The notes beneath the pieces are model-generated. The model ran no database searches. It had not been told where the DNA came from and saw only the letters and a program-made list of their open reading frames with translations. Shown piece by piece: positions 12,901-24,890 of a stretch of DNA of 64,000 nt. The DNA is taken from assembly GCF_028641065.1 (NCBI RefSeq), contig NW_026576883.1, forward strand, positions 1 to 64,000, in the 5' to 3' direction. This DNA comes from Leucoraja erinacea. Lineage: Eukaryota. The position numbers and the translations under genes are program-made. The stretch's first letter is position 1; each line of letters begins with the position of its first letter.

Positions 12901-13597
12901 CTCCAGCACTGGTCCAGGGCGACAGATCCTCGCTCCCTTCCGTCTCCCCGTCCCACTCGGAGCTATCCGGCAGAGAGGCGAGCGAGAGGCAGCGGGTGGC
13001 CCAGGGCGAGTCGGAGCCACGGGGCGAGGGGCTGGCGTCGAGTGAGCCGCCCGCCGACTGACTGCGGGAGAGGCGGCTGGTGGCCAGACGCCGCGGGACG
13101 CGACACACGGCGTCGTACTGCGAGTCGGGGACGCGCAGGGCGCAGCAGCCGTAGCATCGGCGGTTCTGGCATGGACACCGGGCGGGCTGGCCAAAGTCTG
13201 ACCAGCTCTCAAAAGCGGCCAGACGCAGGTCCTCGCTCAGCAGAGCGGCATAGTCGCGCCTCGCCTCCTCCCGCTCTCCCGTGTCCCCCGCCCCCGCCTG
13301 CCCGTGCAAGCGGCGCAAGAGGTCGGACAAGCGGTCGCGCTCGGCCAGGAGACGCCGGATGCGCTCCAGCGACAGGCTCTGGACCCGAGCGACCACCCCG
13401 TCGAAGCGCTGGACTCTCTCCAGAGCCGCCGCGCATTTGCCGCACACGAACTCGCCGTCACCTTGGTCCCGGGACAGCGGGCGGCGCAGGACGTGGGACA
13501 GGACGGCCCGCAGGTCGACAGACGACCGCGCGTTGAAGATCCATCGCCGCTGGTTGCCCTTCAGTCGCGCGGAGCAGACGCGACAGCCCTCGGTCAT
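1376..13597 (-). CDS. PDE4DIP: Myomegalin/PDE4DIP (SMYLE/MMG8-type)-like coiled-coil protein, about 663-668 aa. Exons: 13597-12701, 12064-11966, 10093-9986, 9131-9015, 8398-8264, 7571-7419, 4628-4434, 2996-2805, 1999-1904 (stop), or 1999-1919 spliced to 1405-1376
   Basis: N-terminus MTEGCRVCSARLKGNQRRWIFN...LSHVL...EFVCGKCA...RFDGVVARVQSLSLERIRRLLAERDRL resembles the SMYLE N-terminal domain of myomegalin. Later exons match its coiled coils (LHSKEQLLQ; LRKAVDDKDRDVERLGRVVSLNEETIN; LCLQLRDKERLL). Every exon is AG/GT-bounded and a multiple of 3. Orthologue versus paralogue is not resolved, and the gaps could hide further exons. Confidence 0.72.
2140..2765. repeat. Degenerate GT/AC-rich minisatellite (GTGTATGGACAGGTTGTGTACAGACA)
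   Basis: Direct inspection. Confidence 0.9.
2314..2341 (-). ncRNA. Minimal hammerhead ribozyme-like motif, sense to the host gene intron
   Basis: ggt-CTGAAGA-A-GGGT(CTCG)ACCC-GAAAC-GTC-acc; flanks GGT/ACC can form stem I. Confidence 0.6.
3050..3937. repeat. CA-rich low-complexity tract containing a gap
   Basis: Direct inspection. Confidence 0.9.
5086..6830 (+). mobile_element. RTE-X-like LINE 3' end (5086-5730 and 6491-6830), split by a CR1 insertion
   Basis: C-terminal CCHC-type motif LAVEKGR...RENRICGHC...ETEVHFLLTC, AATAAA and (ATTGA)n tail; second copy at 60462-60725 (-). Confidence 0.6.
5731..6485 (-). mobile_element. 5'-truncated CR1 LINE with (TTCTATGT)n tail
   Basis: ORF2 C-terminus [19 protein letters not shown]; flanked by a CATCTT direct repeat. 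Confidence 0.9.
6834..7415. repeat. (GA)n then (CT)n microsatellite tracts
   Basis: Direct inspection. Confidence 0.9.
11395..11880. repeat. Polypyrimidine/polypurine low-complexity tract; similar tracts at 1440-1780, 7930-8200, 9135-9296 and 38125-38690
   Basis: Direct inspection. Confidence 0.9.
12701..13597 (-). CDS. PDE4DIP: First coding exon (299 codons) of the myomegalin-like gene: SMYLE-homology domain, Cys-rich patch and SxIP-like motif; lies in a CpG island
   Basis: ATG at 13597 in GACGATG context after a pyrimidine-rich acceptor; donor CAG|GTGAGT at 12701; very CpG-rich. Confidence 0.85.
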
Positions 13598-14296
13598 CGT
13601 CGCCGCTAGACGGCTGCTAGACGAGAGAAAAACGGAGACATTACCGGGGGAGAGTGGGTAGACGCGCGGAGCCATCGAGTCTCTGTAATTTAGCCTGTCC
13701 AATTTACATGTTTCTATGAGATCCTCTCTCATCCTTCTAAACCCGTAGAGTGATACAGTGTGGAAACAGGCCCTTCAGCCCAACTTGCCCACACCGGCCG
13801 ACAGCCCCACCCACACTAGTCCCACTTGCCTGAGCTTGGTCCATATCCCTCCAAACCTGTCCTATCCATGTACCTGTCCAACTGTTTCTTAAACGTTGGG
13901 ATAGTCCCAGCCTCAACTACCTCCTCTGGCAGCTTGTTCCATACACCCACCACCATCTGTGTTAAAAAGCTACCCATATGGTCGTATGATAGGAGTAGAA
14001 TTAGGCCATTCGGCCCATCAAGTCTACTCCGCTCGTTCCATACACCCACCTCCCTCTGTGTGAAAAGGTTACCCCTCAGATTCCGATTATATCTTTTCCC
14101 CTTCACCCTGAACCTATGTCCTCTGGTCCTCGATTCCCCTACTCTGGGCAAGAGACCCGATCTATTCCTCTCATGATTTGGATATGTAAATGTGTAGCAT
14201 GCGGAGCAAATATGGAAATAATATGATAATTGGCATGGTGGTGTATAGTGAAGAAGTTAGTTTGACTTCCAGGTCAACTAGGAGGTTAGAGATCTG

Positions 14297-15050
14297 ATGA
14301 AATTATCTAAATGGAGTCAAGTTGAGAAAGGGGGAAGTACAACGGGATCTGGGTGTCCTTGTTCATCAGTCACTGAAAGTAAGCATGCAGATACAGCAGG
14401 CAATGAAGAAAGTGAAGTGGTCTTCATAACAAGAGGAGTTGAGTATAGGAGCAAAGAGGTCCTTCTGCAGTTGTACAGGGCCCTAGTGAGACCACACCTG
14501 GAGTATTGTGTGCAGTTTTGGTCTCCTAATTTGAGGAAGGACATTCTTGCTATTGACATAGTGCAGCATAGGTTCACCAGGTTAATTCCCGGGATGGCGG
14601 GACTGCCATATGCTGAGAGAATGGAGCAGCTGGGCTTGTACACTCTGGAGTTTAGAAGGATGAGAGGGCATCTCATTGAAACATATGATTGTTAAGGGTT
14701 TGGACATGATAGAGGCAGGAAACATGTTCCCGATGTTGGGGGAGTCCAGAACCAGGGGCCACACAATTTAGGAATAAGGGGTAGGCCATTTAGAACGGAG
14801 ATGAGGAAATACGTTTTCACCCGGAGAGTTGTGAGTCTGTGGAATTCTCTGCCTCTGGAGGCCGGTTCTCTGGATACTTTCAAGAGAGAGCTAGATAGGG
14901 CTCTTAAAAATAGCGGAGTGAGGGGATATGGGGAGAAGGCAGGAACGGGGTACTGATTGGGGATGATCAGCCATGATCACATTGAATGGCAGTGCTAACT
15001 CGAGGGGCCGAATGGCCTACTCCTGCACATATTGTCTATTATTGTCTATT
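14297..15050 (+). mobile_element. CR1 LINE 3' fragment with (CTATTGT)n tail
   Basis: [19 protein letters not shown] translation and CR1 3' UTR. Confidence 0.9.
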
Positions 15051-15696
15051 GAAAGATTATTGAAGCATGGAACATGTACGTTAATCCTGATCATCTTATT
15101 TACAACTCCACAAGTTATAGAAGTCGAATTAAGCCATTCGGCCCATCTACTCTGCCATTCAATCATAGCTGATCTCTGCCTCCTAATCCAATTTCCCTGC
15201 CTTCTCCCCATAACTCCCGACACCCGTTTTAATCGAGAATCTGTCTATCTCTGCCTTAAAAATCTTCACTGACTTGTTGCCTCCTTAGCCTTTTATGGCC
15301 AATAATTCCACAGATTCACCACCCAGAAATTCCTCATAATTTCCTTCCTGAAAGAACGTCCTTTAATTCTGAGGCTGTGACCTCTAGTCCTAGACTCTCC
15401 CACCAGTGGTTTGGGGGTAAATCGCATCTGGTTTAACCGGCTGCGAGGTGATCAGTTCAATAATGTCCGAGGCGTCCCAGGTATGAGCCCAGGGCAACCG
15501 ACACAGAGGCGGCGTCGCCGCTTCCTGCTCCGAACCGCGATCCGTATTACCCTCGAGTTACGTACGGGACCGGATCAGCCCCGCTCCTGACAAACGCTGG
15601 TCCTAACAACCGCTTCAGCGGGTCAGGCAGCATCTCTGGAGAACATAGACAGGTTAGAACATGAACCCTTCTTCAGAATGCCTCGACCTGCGACGC

Positions 15697-15921
15697 CACC
15701 TATCCATGTTCTCCACAGATGCTGCCTGACCCGCTGAGTTACTCCAGCACTCTGTGAAACGTCACCTATCCATGTTCTCCACAGATGCTGCCTGACCCAC
15801 TGAGTTACTCTAGCACTCTGTGAAACGTCACCTATCCATGTTCTCCACAGATGCTGCCTGACCCGCTGAGTTACTCCAGCACTCTGTGAAACGTCACCTA
15901 TCCATGTTCCCCACAGATGCT
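15697..15921 (+). repeat. 66-bp tandem repeat (about 3.4 copies) derived from the Penelope tail
   Basis: Unit CACCTATCCATGTTCTCCACAGATGCTGCCTGACCCGCTGAGTTACTCCAGCACTCTGTGAAACGT; degenerate inverse array at 10785-11095. Confidence 0.9.
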
Positions 15922-15929
15922 GTCTTGCC

Positions 15930-16125
15930 CAAAATGCTGCAGTAACTCAGCGGGTCAGGCAGCATCTGTGGAGAGAAGTAGTGGGCGACCTTTCGGGTCG
16001 AGACCCTTCCCCTGGTCTGAAGAAGGGTCTCGACCCGAAATGTCGCCCATTCCTTCTCTCCACTGATGTTGCCTGACCCGCTGAGTTACTCCAGCTTTTA
16101 CTCGAGATTTCAGCGCCTGCAGTTC
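15930..16125. mobile_element. Fold-back short element made of two inverted Penelope tails
   Basis: Arms GTAACTCAGCGGGTCAGGCAGCATC and GATGTTGCCTGACCCGCTGAGTTAC; similar elements at 19045-19265, 21545-21765, 39638-39795 and 60070-60255. Confidence 0.75.
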
Positions 16126-16438
16126 CTGGCGACGCTGGCGTCTTCATGTTGCAGACGTCCCGTCGCCTGTTTGACCCTCCTACTCTCCGTCACTTGCTCC
16201 ACCCCCCCTCACTACCTCTCCCTCCCTCCTCGCCCGGACTCGCTCTAAACTTTTCACCGTCCCAGAAGAACTCGCTGGCCGAAAGGTCTCCCGGGCTCGG
16301 TACTATCCCACCAGCCGGTTCCCGGTACCCCACATCGCTCCCTACTCTCTCTCTCTTTCTCCCTGTTACACCACCAACCCCCCACCCGGCTACACTTCCC
16401 CCACCTTCCGTCCCCTGACACCGAGTCTCCCGTCTCAC

Positions 16439-16740
16439 CTGCGCAGGTAAACTCCAGATACAGGTAAGCCTGTGTCGCCAGTCCAGTCCCGTCAGGAGCG
16501 GCCGGGACAGAGGGTGCCGGCGTCCGAGTGTGGCTCGGCGTCTTCCGCTCTCCCTCCCTCTCTCCCTCCCCCTCCCTCTCTCCCTCCCCGGCAGCGGGGC
16601 GCGCCCTGAATCGCTCAGCCATGGATTAGTTGGTGAACTCATGACGACAGACTTTGGAGCGCAGGAGGCGGGATAGCCCGGAGCAAGAGCCACCGCCCAG
16701 CACAAGGACACCACACCCCTCCACAGTCAAACCAAGAGCG
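16439..16740 (-). promoter_or_regulatory. CpG-rich candidate promoter and upstream exon of the myomegalin-like gene
   Basis: Unique CpG-rich segment with GC-box-like motifs and a donor GCAG|GTGAGA at 16439; the first coding exon has an acceptor that needs an upstream exon. Confidence 0.4.
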
Positions 16741-17055
16741 TCCCAATGACCGGTAGAAACATAGAGAATAAGTGCAGGAGTAGGCCATTCGGCCCTCCAA
16801 GCCAGCACCGCCATTCAATATGGCTGAACATGCAAAATCAGGTGTTTAAGAAGGAACTGCAGATGCTGGAAAATCGAAGGTACACAAAACAGCTGGAAAA
16901 ACTCAGTGGGTGCAGCAGCATCTATGGAGCGAAGGAAATAGGCAACGTTTCGGGCCGAAACACTTCTTCAGTCTGAACCATGCAAAAATCGGGTCCCCGT
17001 CAGTCCTGCTTTCTCCCCCATATCCTTTGATTCAGTTAGCCCTAAGAACGAGCTG

Positions 17056-17742
17056 TAGACAATAGACAATAGGTGCAGGAGTAGGCCATTCGACCCTTCG
17101 AGCCAGCACCGCCATTCAATGTGATCATGGCTGATCTTCCACAATCAGTACCCCGTTCCTGCCTTCTCCCCATATCCCCTCACTCCGCTATCTTTAAGAG
17201 CCCTATCTAGCTCTCTCTCTCTCTAGTATCCTCTCAGTAGGATACTGAGTTGGATGATCAGCCATGATCATATTGAATGCCGGTACAGGCTCGAAGGGCC
17301 GAATGGCCTACTCCTGCACCGATTTTCTATATTTCTATGTTTCTTTGAAAGCATCCAGAGAACCTGCCTCCACCGCCATGAGGTAGAGAATTCCACAGAC
17401 TCACAACTCTCTGTGTGAAAAGGTGTTTCCTCATCTCCGTTCTAAATGGCCTACCCCTTATTCTTAAATTACGTGGCCCCTGGTTCTGGACTCCCCCAAC
17501 ATCGGGAACATGTTTCCTGTCTCTATCATGTCCAAACCCTTAACAATCATATGTTTCAATGAGATGCCCTCTCATCCTTCTAAAATCCAGAGTGTACAAG
17601 CCCAGCTGCTCCATTCTCTCAGCATATGGCAGTCCCGCCATCCCGGGAATTAACCTGGTGAACCTACGCTGCACTCCCTCAATAGCAAGAATGTCTTTCC
17701 TCAAATTAGGGGGCGAAAACTGCACACAATACTCCAGGTGTG
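17056..17742 (-). mobile_element. CR1 fragment with a nested inverted CR1 tail (about 17240-17345)
   Basis: Homologous to the other CR1 copies in the window. Confidence 0.85.
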
Positions 17743-17744
17743 GA

Positions 17745-17938
17745 GTATCCTACACCCGCTAGGGACATTCTTTACATTTACCAAGCCTCTGAAGAACCGA
17801 AGATCTCGGAGAAAACCCACGCAGATCACAGGGCGAACGTACAGACTCCGTACAGACAGCACCCGTGGTCAGGATCGAACCCGCGACTCCGGCGCTGCAT
17901 TCGCTGTAAGGCAGCAACTTGCGCTGCGTCGCCGTGAC
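17745..17938 (-). mobile_element. tRNA-derived SINE (HE1/V-SINE-like), about 70 bp upstream of the TRIM A ATG
   Basis: A-box-like GGCGACGCAGCG, B-box GGGTTCGATCC, core TGTACGGAGTCTGTACGTTCGCCCTGTGATCTGCGTGGGTTTTCTCC. Confidence 0.75.
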
Positions 17939-18005
17939 GTTCACGATACCGCCCACATTCAGATCTGTGTTCAGCAGCTCCACGTCTGTGAGAGCCCGAG
18001 TTTAA

Positions 18006-21000
18006 ATGGCTGCAAAAGACCCAGTCGAGAGTTGGACTGAGGAGGCAGTTTGTCCCATCTGCTTGGATTTCTTCACCAATCCGGTGACACTGGAGTGCGG
18101 GCACAACTTCTGCCGCTCCTGCATCACACAGAGTTGGGACAGGGAGGGGAGAAACTCCTGCCCGGAATGTAGAGAGGAGTTTACAGACCGCACCCTCAGG
18201 GTGAATCGGGCCTTGGCGAGACTGTCTGAGAAAGCTCGAACACTGAGCCTGAATCGGACAGAGAAGGCAAGTAAACCTCACTGCGAGAAACATCAGGAAG
18301 AACTGAAGCTGTTTTGTGAAACTGACAAGAAGCTGATCTGTGTGATTTGTGCAGCCGGCAGGGAACACAAGTCTCACAGCTTCATGCCGGTAGATGAAGC
18401 TGTTGCAATCTACAAGGTAAAAGCAAACCCATTCTGATCACATCATTGTGTCGTGTCGTGTTTATTTTCTGACATTTTTCTTCTCTGATCTGAATCCCAA
18501 CCCCAGGATCAGGTGAAATCATCCTTCGAATCTCTCGCTGAAAATAAAGCAGATATTCTGGAAATGGAGCAGCAACAGAAAGAGAATATTTCTGGATTTC
18601 AGGTTTGTACTGCTGATTTAATGTGATGTGATGTGTGAAATAATTTGGCACCTCTAGAGAGCTCAGTAGTCGAGAGCCAGAACTCTTGGGAGAGGTTGAG
18701 CAGCCAAGGACTTGGACAATAGACAATAGGTGCAGGAGGAGGCCATTTGGCCCTTCGAGCCACTCAATGTGATCATGGCTGATCATCCCCAATCAGTACC
18801 CCGTTCCTGCCTTCCCCCCATATCCCCTGACTTTACTCCCTGGAGCTCAGCAGTCTGAAGAATGGTCTGTGGCAGGTGTATAATATAATGAAACAGAATG
18901 ATACATTGGATGGTCAGTCCTTTACCCTTAGTTGGGGGATCGAGAATGTGGGGTATATGTTTTAGGTGAGAGGGAAAAGATTTAAAACGAACATGAAGGA
19001 CAACTTTGGTAGTGGGTACATGGAACGAGCTGGCAGATGAGGTAGGTACACAAAAATGCTGGAGAAACTCAGCGGATGCAGCAGCATCTATGGAGGAAGG
19101 AAATAGGCAACGTTTGGGGCCGAAACCCTTCTTCATACTCCGAAGGAAATAGGCAAAGTTTCGGGCCAAAACCCTTCTTCAGACATAGATGCTGCTGCAC
19201 CCGCTGAGTTTCTCTAGCATTTTTGTCTACCTTCGATTTTCCAGCATCTGCAGTTCCTTCTTAAACACATGCCAGATGAGGTAGTTCAGTCGGTTACCAT
19301 AACAACATTTCAAAGATATTCAAACAAATTTGTGGAAAGGTTTTAGAACTGTCTTGGCCAAATGCGGACATGTGGAAATAGCGCAGATGTGGCGTCTTGG
19401 TTGGTATCTAACATCCCTTGCTCTTTGACTCTATGAAGTCTGTCATTCTAAGTGGTGCTGCTATCTGCTAGTTCTAGTGACCTGGTTCTGCCCACTGAGG
19501 GTTAATGGCCACATGAAATGGAATAGGTTTCAGGGAATTGTACCAGGAAATGGGAATTATGTGATTGTACATTTCGTTCACCAAATATTTCAGAATTATC
19601 AAGACGAGCTCTTGAATTGCCAAGGTAATGAAAGTTATGGATTAAATACATGTAAATTGGATTAGTGTAAATACATGCAGAGCCCAGCATGGACATGTTG
19701 GGCCGAAGGGCATAATTCTGCACTCCAGAACTCGTCATTGATTCGCCAAATGTCACCTTCCATGTCATGAGGACATGATTTGAGAATTAAGGGACAAAAG
19801 TTTAGGGGTAACATGAGGGGGAACATCTTTACTCAGAGAGTGGTAGCTGTGTGGAATGAGCTTCCAAAAATAAATTGGATAGGTATATGGACGGGAAAGG
19901 AATGGAGGGTTATGGTCTGAGTGCAGGTAGATGGGACTAGGTGAGAGTAAGTGTTCGGCACGGACTAGAAGGGCCGAGATGGCCTGTTTCCGTGCTGTAA
20001 TTGTTACATGGTTATGAGGAAACACAGCAGAGTGACATAATATATTGATTCTCATCTGACAGAAACAGTCACACAGCCTTCAGTCGCAGGTCACATCCCA
20101 GTTTGCTGAACTGCACCAGATTCTCACTGAGAAAGAGCAGCACTTACTCGGAAATATCCGGGAAGAAGAGGCGAAGATTGTGAAAACAATGGAGAAAAAT
20201 CTTCAAGAGATTCAAGAGAATTTAAATTCCATTCGGGAGGAACTCTCAAAGTTACAGGAACAGATAGACCAGAAGGACGGCGTGATGTTTCTGAAGGTGA
20301 GGGGTTACACTACAATTTGGTGAAGTGAAAGTGCACACTCACAAAGTGGTGGGTTAAATTTCGGAAATAAATGCATCATTTACCAGTAATTCATAACAGT
20401 GTCATCTGTTCCATCTACTCGTATTTCCAACAACAATGCCCCAAATTCCAGGAATCCTCATGTATTTATCAGGATTCAGGGGGGTGTACAGTGGTGAAAT
20501 GCATTTAGTCACCCTTGAAGGACATAGCAAACGATTTGAATAAATTAGAGTGACAGCCGCCGGGTACGTTGCTGTTCCGCGAAAGAAGCTGTTCCTGGTT
20601 GGTTCAGCAACGGAGAGACCTGTAGCGCCTCCCAGATGGTAGGAGGGTAAACAGTCCATGAGGGTAAACATATCCCACTTCAACTTAAATGTATCTGCAA
20701 TTTTGTCTTCAGGCCGTCCACTGAATTCCACGTTCCCTTTGCTGCAGCACGTGGAGTTTATTAAAGGCCATCATACATTTCAGCTTTGATTTCTGGTCTC
20801 TCCACACGTAGTGATAATATTTCCAACCCCCACCCATTTAAATCTGCCGCTGATATTAAAATATTCCATCCCATTATCTCTGACACCATCACCAGATAAA
20901 ATCCCACGACCTGCCCGGTTTTACTCGTAAGTTGCATACTCGCAGTTATTTTCATTGACATTCCTAATGCTTTCCCCCGTGTTCGATGTCTCTGCGACAA

Positions 21001-23934
21001 TATCCACTTTCTGGCTGGGTGACAGCGACAAAGAGTTGGGAAATGGGAATTATCAGAGGGTTTTTTCTGTGAGCAATTTGGTGAAATACCCGCCGTCGGG
21101 ATCATTCCGATCCATCTCAGTCTATTGAGATTTGTTTTATTTATTTCAGGAGGAAGCTGGTCGCAAGAGCAGGTAGGACATGCTTTTGACTGAAAAAATG
21201 TTTGTTTATATAGTACAGCTCAAAAAAACAGCTAATGCTCAGTTTATAACCAGCTGTTAAATATGTGCAGGGTTATTGATGAAACCAAACCAATGTTGGT
21301 GGTAGATAGCGCGTTGCCCATTGAAAACTATGATCGCACCTTTTTCTACAACGTGGCATTGAGAGAAACATCTGATATCATCAACCGAGGTAAAACTAAT
21401 AACTTTTCCATTGTTCATTTTTAAGACATCTTTATGCAATACTTATATGTGAAGATTAATGGTATTAATGGACTCTGGGGGGATCATCACAGAGACAGAG
21501 AGCAAAGTTTGTTTGCACTTGAACAAATCCTTGTTCCTAGGTGGGAGACAAAAATGCTGGAGAAACTCAGCGGGTGAGGCAGCATCGATGGAGCGAAGGA
21601 AATAGGCGATGTTTCGGGTCGAGACACTTCTTCAGGCTGAAGACGGATCTTGACCTGAAACGTCGCCTATTTCTTTGCTCCATAGATGCTGCCTCACCCG
21701 CTGAGTTTCTCCAGCATTTTTGTCTACCTTCGATTTTCCAGCATCTGCAGTTCCTTCTTAAACACTTGTTCCTGGGTGAATGAGTTTGCTGTGCTGGGTG
21801 AAATTGCATAGACTATGCCTGTGTACTCGAGAGTTCAGGTGTTTTAGAGGAGCTCTCAGTGAAACACAAAGTCCTTACAGGGCTCAGTGGGCTGGATGCA
21901 GGGAGGTTGTTTCCACTCTCTGGGGGGTCTGGAGCCAGCGGGCACCCTCTCAGAATGTGGGCTGGACCATTTAGAACAGAGACAAGGAGACATTACTGCA
22001 CGCAGAGACTGGGCAACCTTTGGAATTCCCTGCGGCGGTGGCTGTGTATAATCAGTCATTCAGTGCTCTTGGAGCCAGAGAGCCATGGTTGTACATTACA
22101 GAGTCAGGCCCTTCGGCCCATCACATACTTGCCCACCTTTTTTCCCAGACACACTAATTCCATTAGCCCACATTAGAACCATATTATTAATAATTATTAT
22201 AAACTATTTCACTCAATTTTCTAGACGAAGGACAACATTACATCAAAATACATTGCATATAAAAACACCATAAAATACATAAAATATTAGTATATCACTT
22301 ATAAAACCATTAGATATTGCTTCACCATGAGATCAATGTGTTCTTAGTTGTACAGACGCATCAAACCCACCTTCCACTAAAGAAAGCAAGTAAACAGTAG
22401 CAGATTGCCTAGCCCGTCGAGTCCACTCCCGATCAGTATGATCACGGCAACTCCACCCCACATCTCCACATCCTCTTTAACCATCTCTAATCACCACTCG
22501 CACCAGTCTCCTCATCTTCCAATCTGCCTCTCCCTCGCCATGTACTGGCAAGATATTTGAATATCTGCCTGAAGAAGGATCTTCTGAAGAATTACAAAAG
22601 ATGAAATAGCGGCACATTTGGATAGCAGTAACAGGATCAGTCCGAGTCAGCATGGATTTACGAGGGAGAAATCATGCTTGACTTTCAGAAACCATTTGAT
22701 AAGTTCCCACATAGGAGATTAGTGGGTAAAATTAGAGCACAGGGTATTGGGGGTAGAGTGCTGACAAGGATAGCGAATTGGTTGGCAGACAGGAAACAAA
22801 GAGTAGGGATTAACGGGTCCCTTTCGGAATGGCAGGCAGTGACTAGTGGGGTACAGCAAGGCTTGGTGCAGGGACCGCAGCTATTTACAATATATATCAA
22901 TGATTTAGATGAAGGGATTCAAAGTATCATTAACAAATTTGCAGATGACACAAAGCTGTGTTGCAGTGTGACCTGTGAGGAGGATGCTATGAGGACACAG
23001 GGTGACTTGGACGGATTGGGTGAGTGGGCAGATTCATGGCAGATGCAGTTTAATGTGGATAAATGTGAGGTTATCCACTTTGGTATCAAAAACAGGAAGG
23101 CAGATTATTATCTGAATGGTGTCAAGTTGGGAAAGGGGGAATACAATGAAATCTGGGGGTCCTTGTTCATCAGTCACCGAAAGTAAGCATGTAGGTACAG
23201 CAGGCAGTGAAGAAAGCTAATGGCATGTTGGCCTTCATAACAAGAGGAATTGAGTATCGGAGCAAAGAGGTCTTTCTGCAGTTCCTTCCATACCTGGAGT
23301 ATTGTGTGCAGTTTTGGCCTCCAAATTTGAGGAAGGACATTCTTACTATGGAGGGAGTGCAGCGTAGGTTTACACGGTAAATTCCCGGGATTGGCGGGAA
23401 TGTCATATGGTGACAGAATGGAACGGCTGGGCTTGTATACTCTGGAATTTAGAAGGATTAGAAGGTATCTTATTGAAACATATAGGATTATTAAGGGATT
23501 GGGCAAGCTAGAGGCAGGAAACATGTTCCCAATGTTGGGTGAGTCCAGAACCAGGGGGCATAATTTAGAATGGAGATGATGAAAAACATTTTCACCCAGA
23601 GAGTTGTGAATCTATGGAATTCTCTGTCTCAGAAGGCAGTGGTGGCCAATTCTCTGGATGCTTACAAGAGAGAGTTAGATAGAGCTTTTAAAGATAGCGG
23701 AGTCAGGGGATATATTGAGAAGGCAGGAACGGGCTACTGAATGTCGATGATCAGCCATGATCATAGTGAATGGCGGTGCTGACTCGATGGACCGAATGGC
23801 CTACTTCTGCACCTATTGTTTATTGGCCTGACCAGTTGAGATCCCTGGGAAAGATGTGTTGTCCATCCAATGTTGTTGTGGGTGAAACCCCGGGTAAAGG
23901 TTTCAGTTGTCCGCCCGCCTGTGCCCAAGTCTTC

Positions 23935-23970
<36 letters not shown>

Positions 23971-24542
23971 ACCGACCCCGGGGACTCTCTGATTCTCTGC
24001 TTCTCCCCCCAGTCTCCGTCACCCTGGATCTGGAAACAGTCCATGCACAGCTCGAGGTGTCTGAGGATCAGAAGCGGGTGAAACTGACCGGGACCGGGAG
24101 GCGTCTCCCTGACACCGAGAAGAGGTTTACAGACAGGTCATGTGTGCTGGGATCGGAGGGATTCACATCGGGGAGACATTACTGGGAGGTGGAGGTGGCG
24201 GGGAGTCGGTACTGGAGCCTGGGAGTCGCCGCAGAGTCTGTGGAGAGGAAGAGTCTGGTTACATTGACCCCGGAAACTGGTGTCTGGAGGATCAGACGGC
24301 GGGATGACGTGTTTGATGCACTCACCTCCCCTCCATCCCCTCTCTCCGCCCGTCCCATCCCCGGGAGGGTGGGAGTTTATCTCAGTTACGAGTCCGGGAC
24401 AGTTTCATTTTACGACGCAGACACCAAGTCCCATTTCTACACCTTCACTGGGAATTCATTCACGGAGAAACTTTATCCTTTCTTCTGGACGTTGGATGGA
24501 AACTGGCTGAGAATCAGCTCCGGTTCCGCTCCGGGTGTGTAA
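18006..24542 (+). CDS. TRIM gene A (RING-B-box-coiled-coil-B30.2; TRIM39/TRIM27/A33-like E3 ligase), 470 aa, intact. Exons: 18006-18416, 18507-18602, 20063-20296, 21150-21172, 21271-21389, 24013-24542
   Basis: C3HC4 RING (CPICLDFF...CGHNFCRSC...CPEC), B-box2 (CEKHQEELKLFC...ICVIC...H..H), PRY-SPRY ([24 protein letters not shown]). Canonical splice sites, exon sizes 411/96/234/23/119/530, consistent phases. Confidence 0.92.
22595..23825 (+). mobile_element. CR1 LINE (decayed RT domain to 3' tail) in TRIM A intron 5
   Basis: LDFQKPFDK, SGVQQG, KFADDTKL motifs. Confidence 0.92.
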
Positions 24543-24596
24543 AAGGGTCGGGTGCAGGGACCGGCGTCAGGAGCGGGGCTCAGGGGCTGTGGGACA

Positions 24597-24880
24597 GAGG
24601 TACCTTCCCCCTCACTTCCATCCAGGGATCCCAGCTGTCCGTCCAAATGAGACAGAGGTTCACGGTCACCTCATCTACCGCATCCTGCAGACTCCTGGTG
24701 CACATTCGTGTGAAAGTCCAGAGTCACCGACCATTTGGCTGAACACTTGCACTGGGTCCACCAAGGTCTGGCGGATGTCAACTCCTCTTCCCATTCCCAC
24801 ATTGACTTTTCTTTTCTGGGCCTTCTCCGTTGCCAGAGTGAGGCCATACACAAACTGGAGGAACAGTACCTCATATTCCC
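24597..24880 (+). mobile_element. Decayed Penelope-like (GIY-YIG) fragment
   Basis: Homologous to 56400-56730 (CAGAGTGAGGCC..AAACTGGAGGAACAG..CTCATATTC). Confidence 0.7.
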
Positions 24881-24890
24881 ATGGTGGTAA

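Noticed and set aside
15697-15921. CRISPR-like array
   Set aside because: Units are contiguous with no unique spacers, derive from a Penelope tail, and the context is eukaryotic
17745-17938. tRNA gene
   Set aside because: A and B boxes are present but followed by a SINE core, with no convincing cloverleaf or terminator
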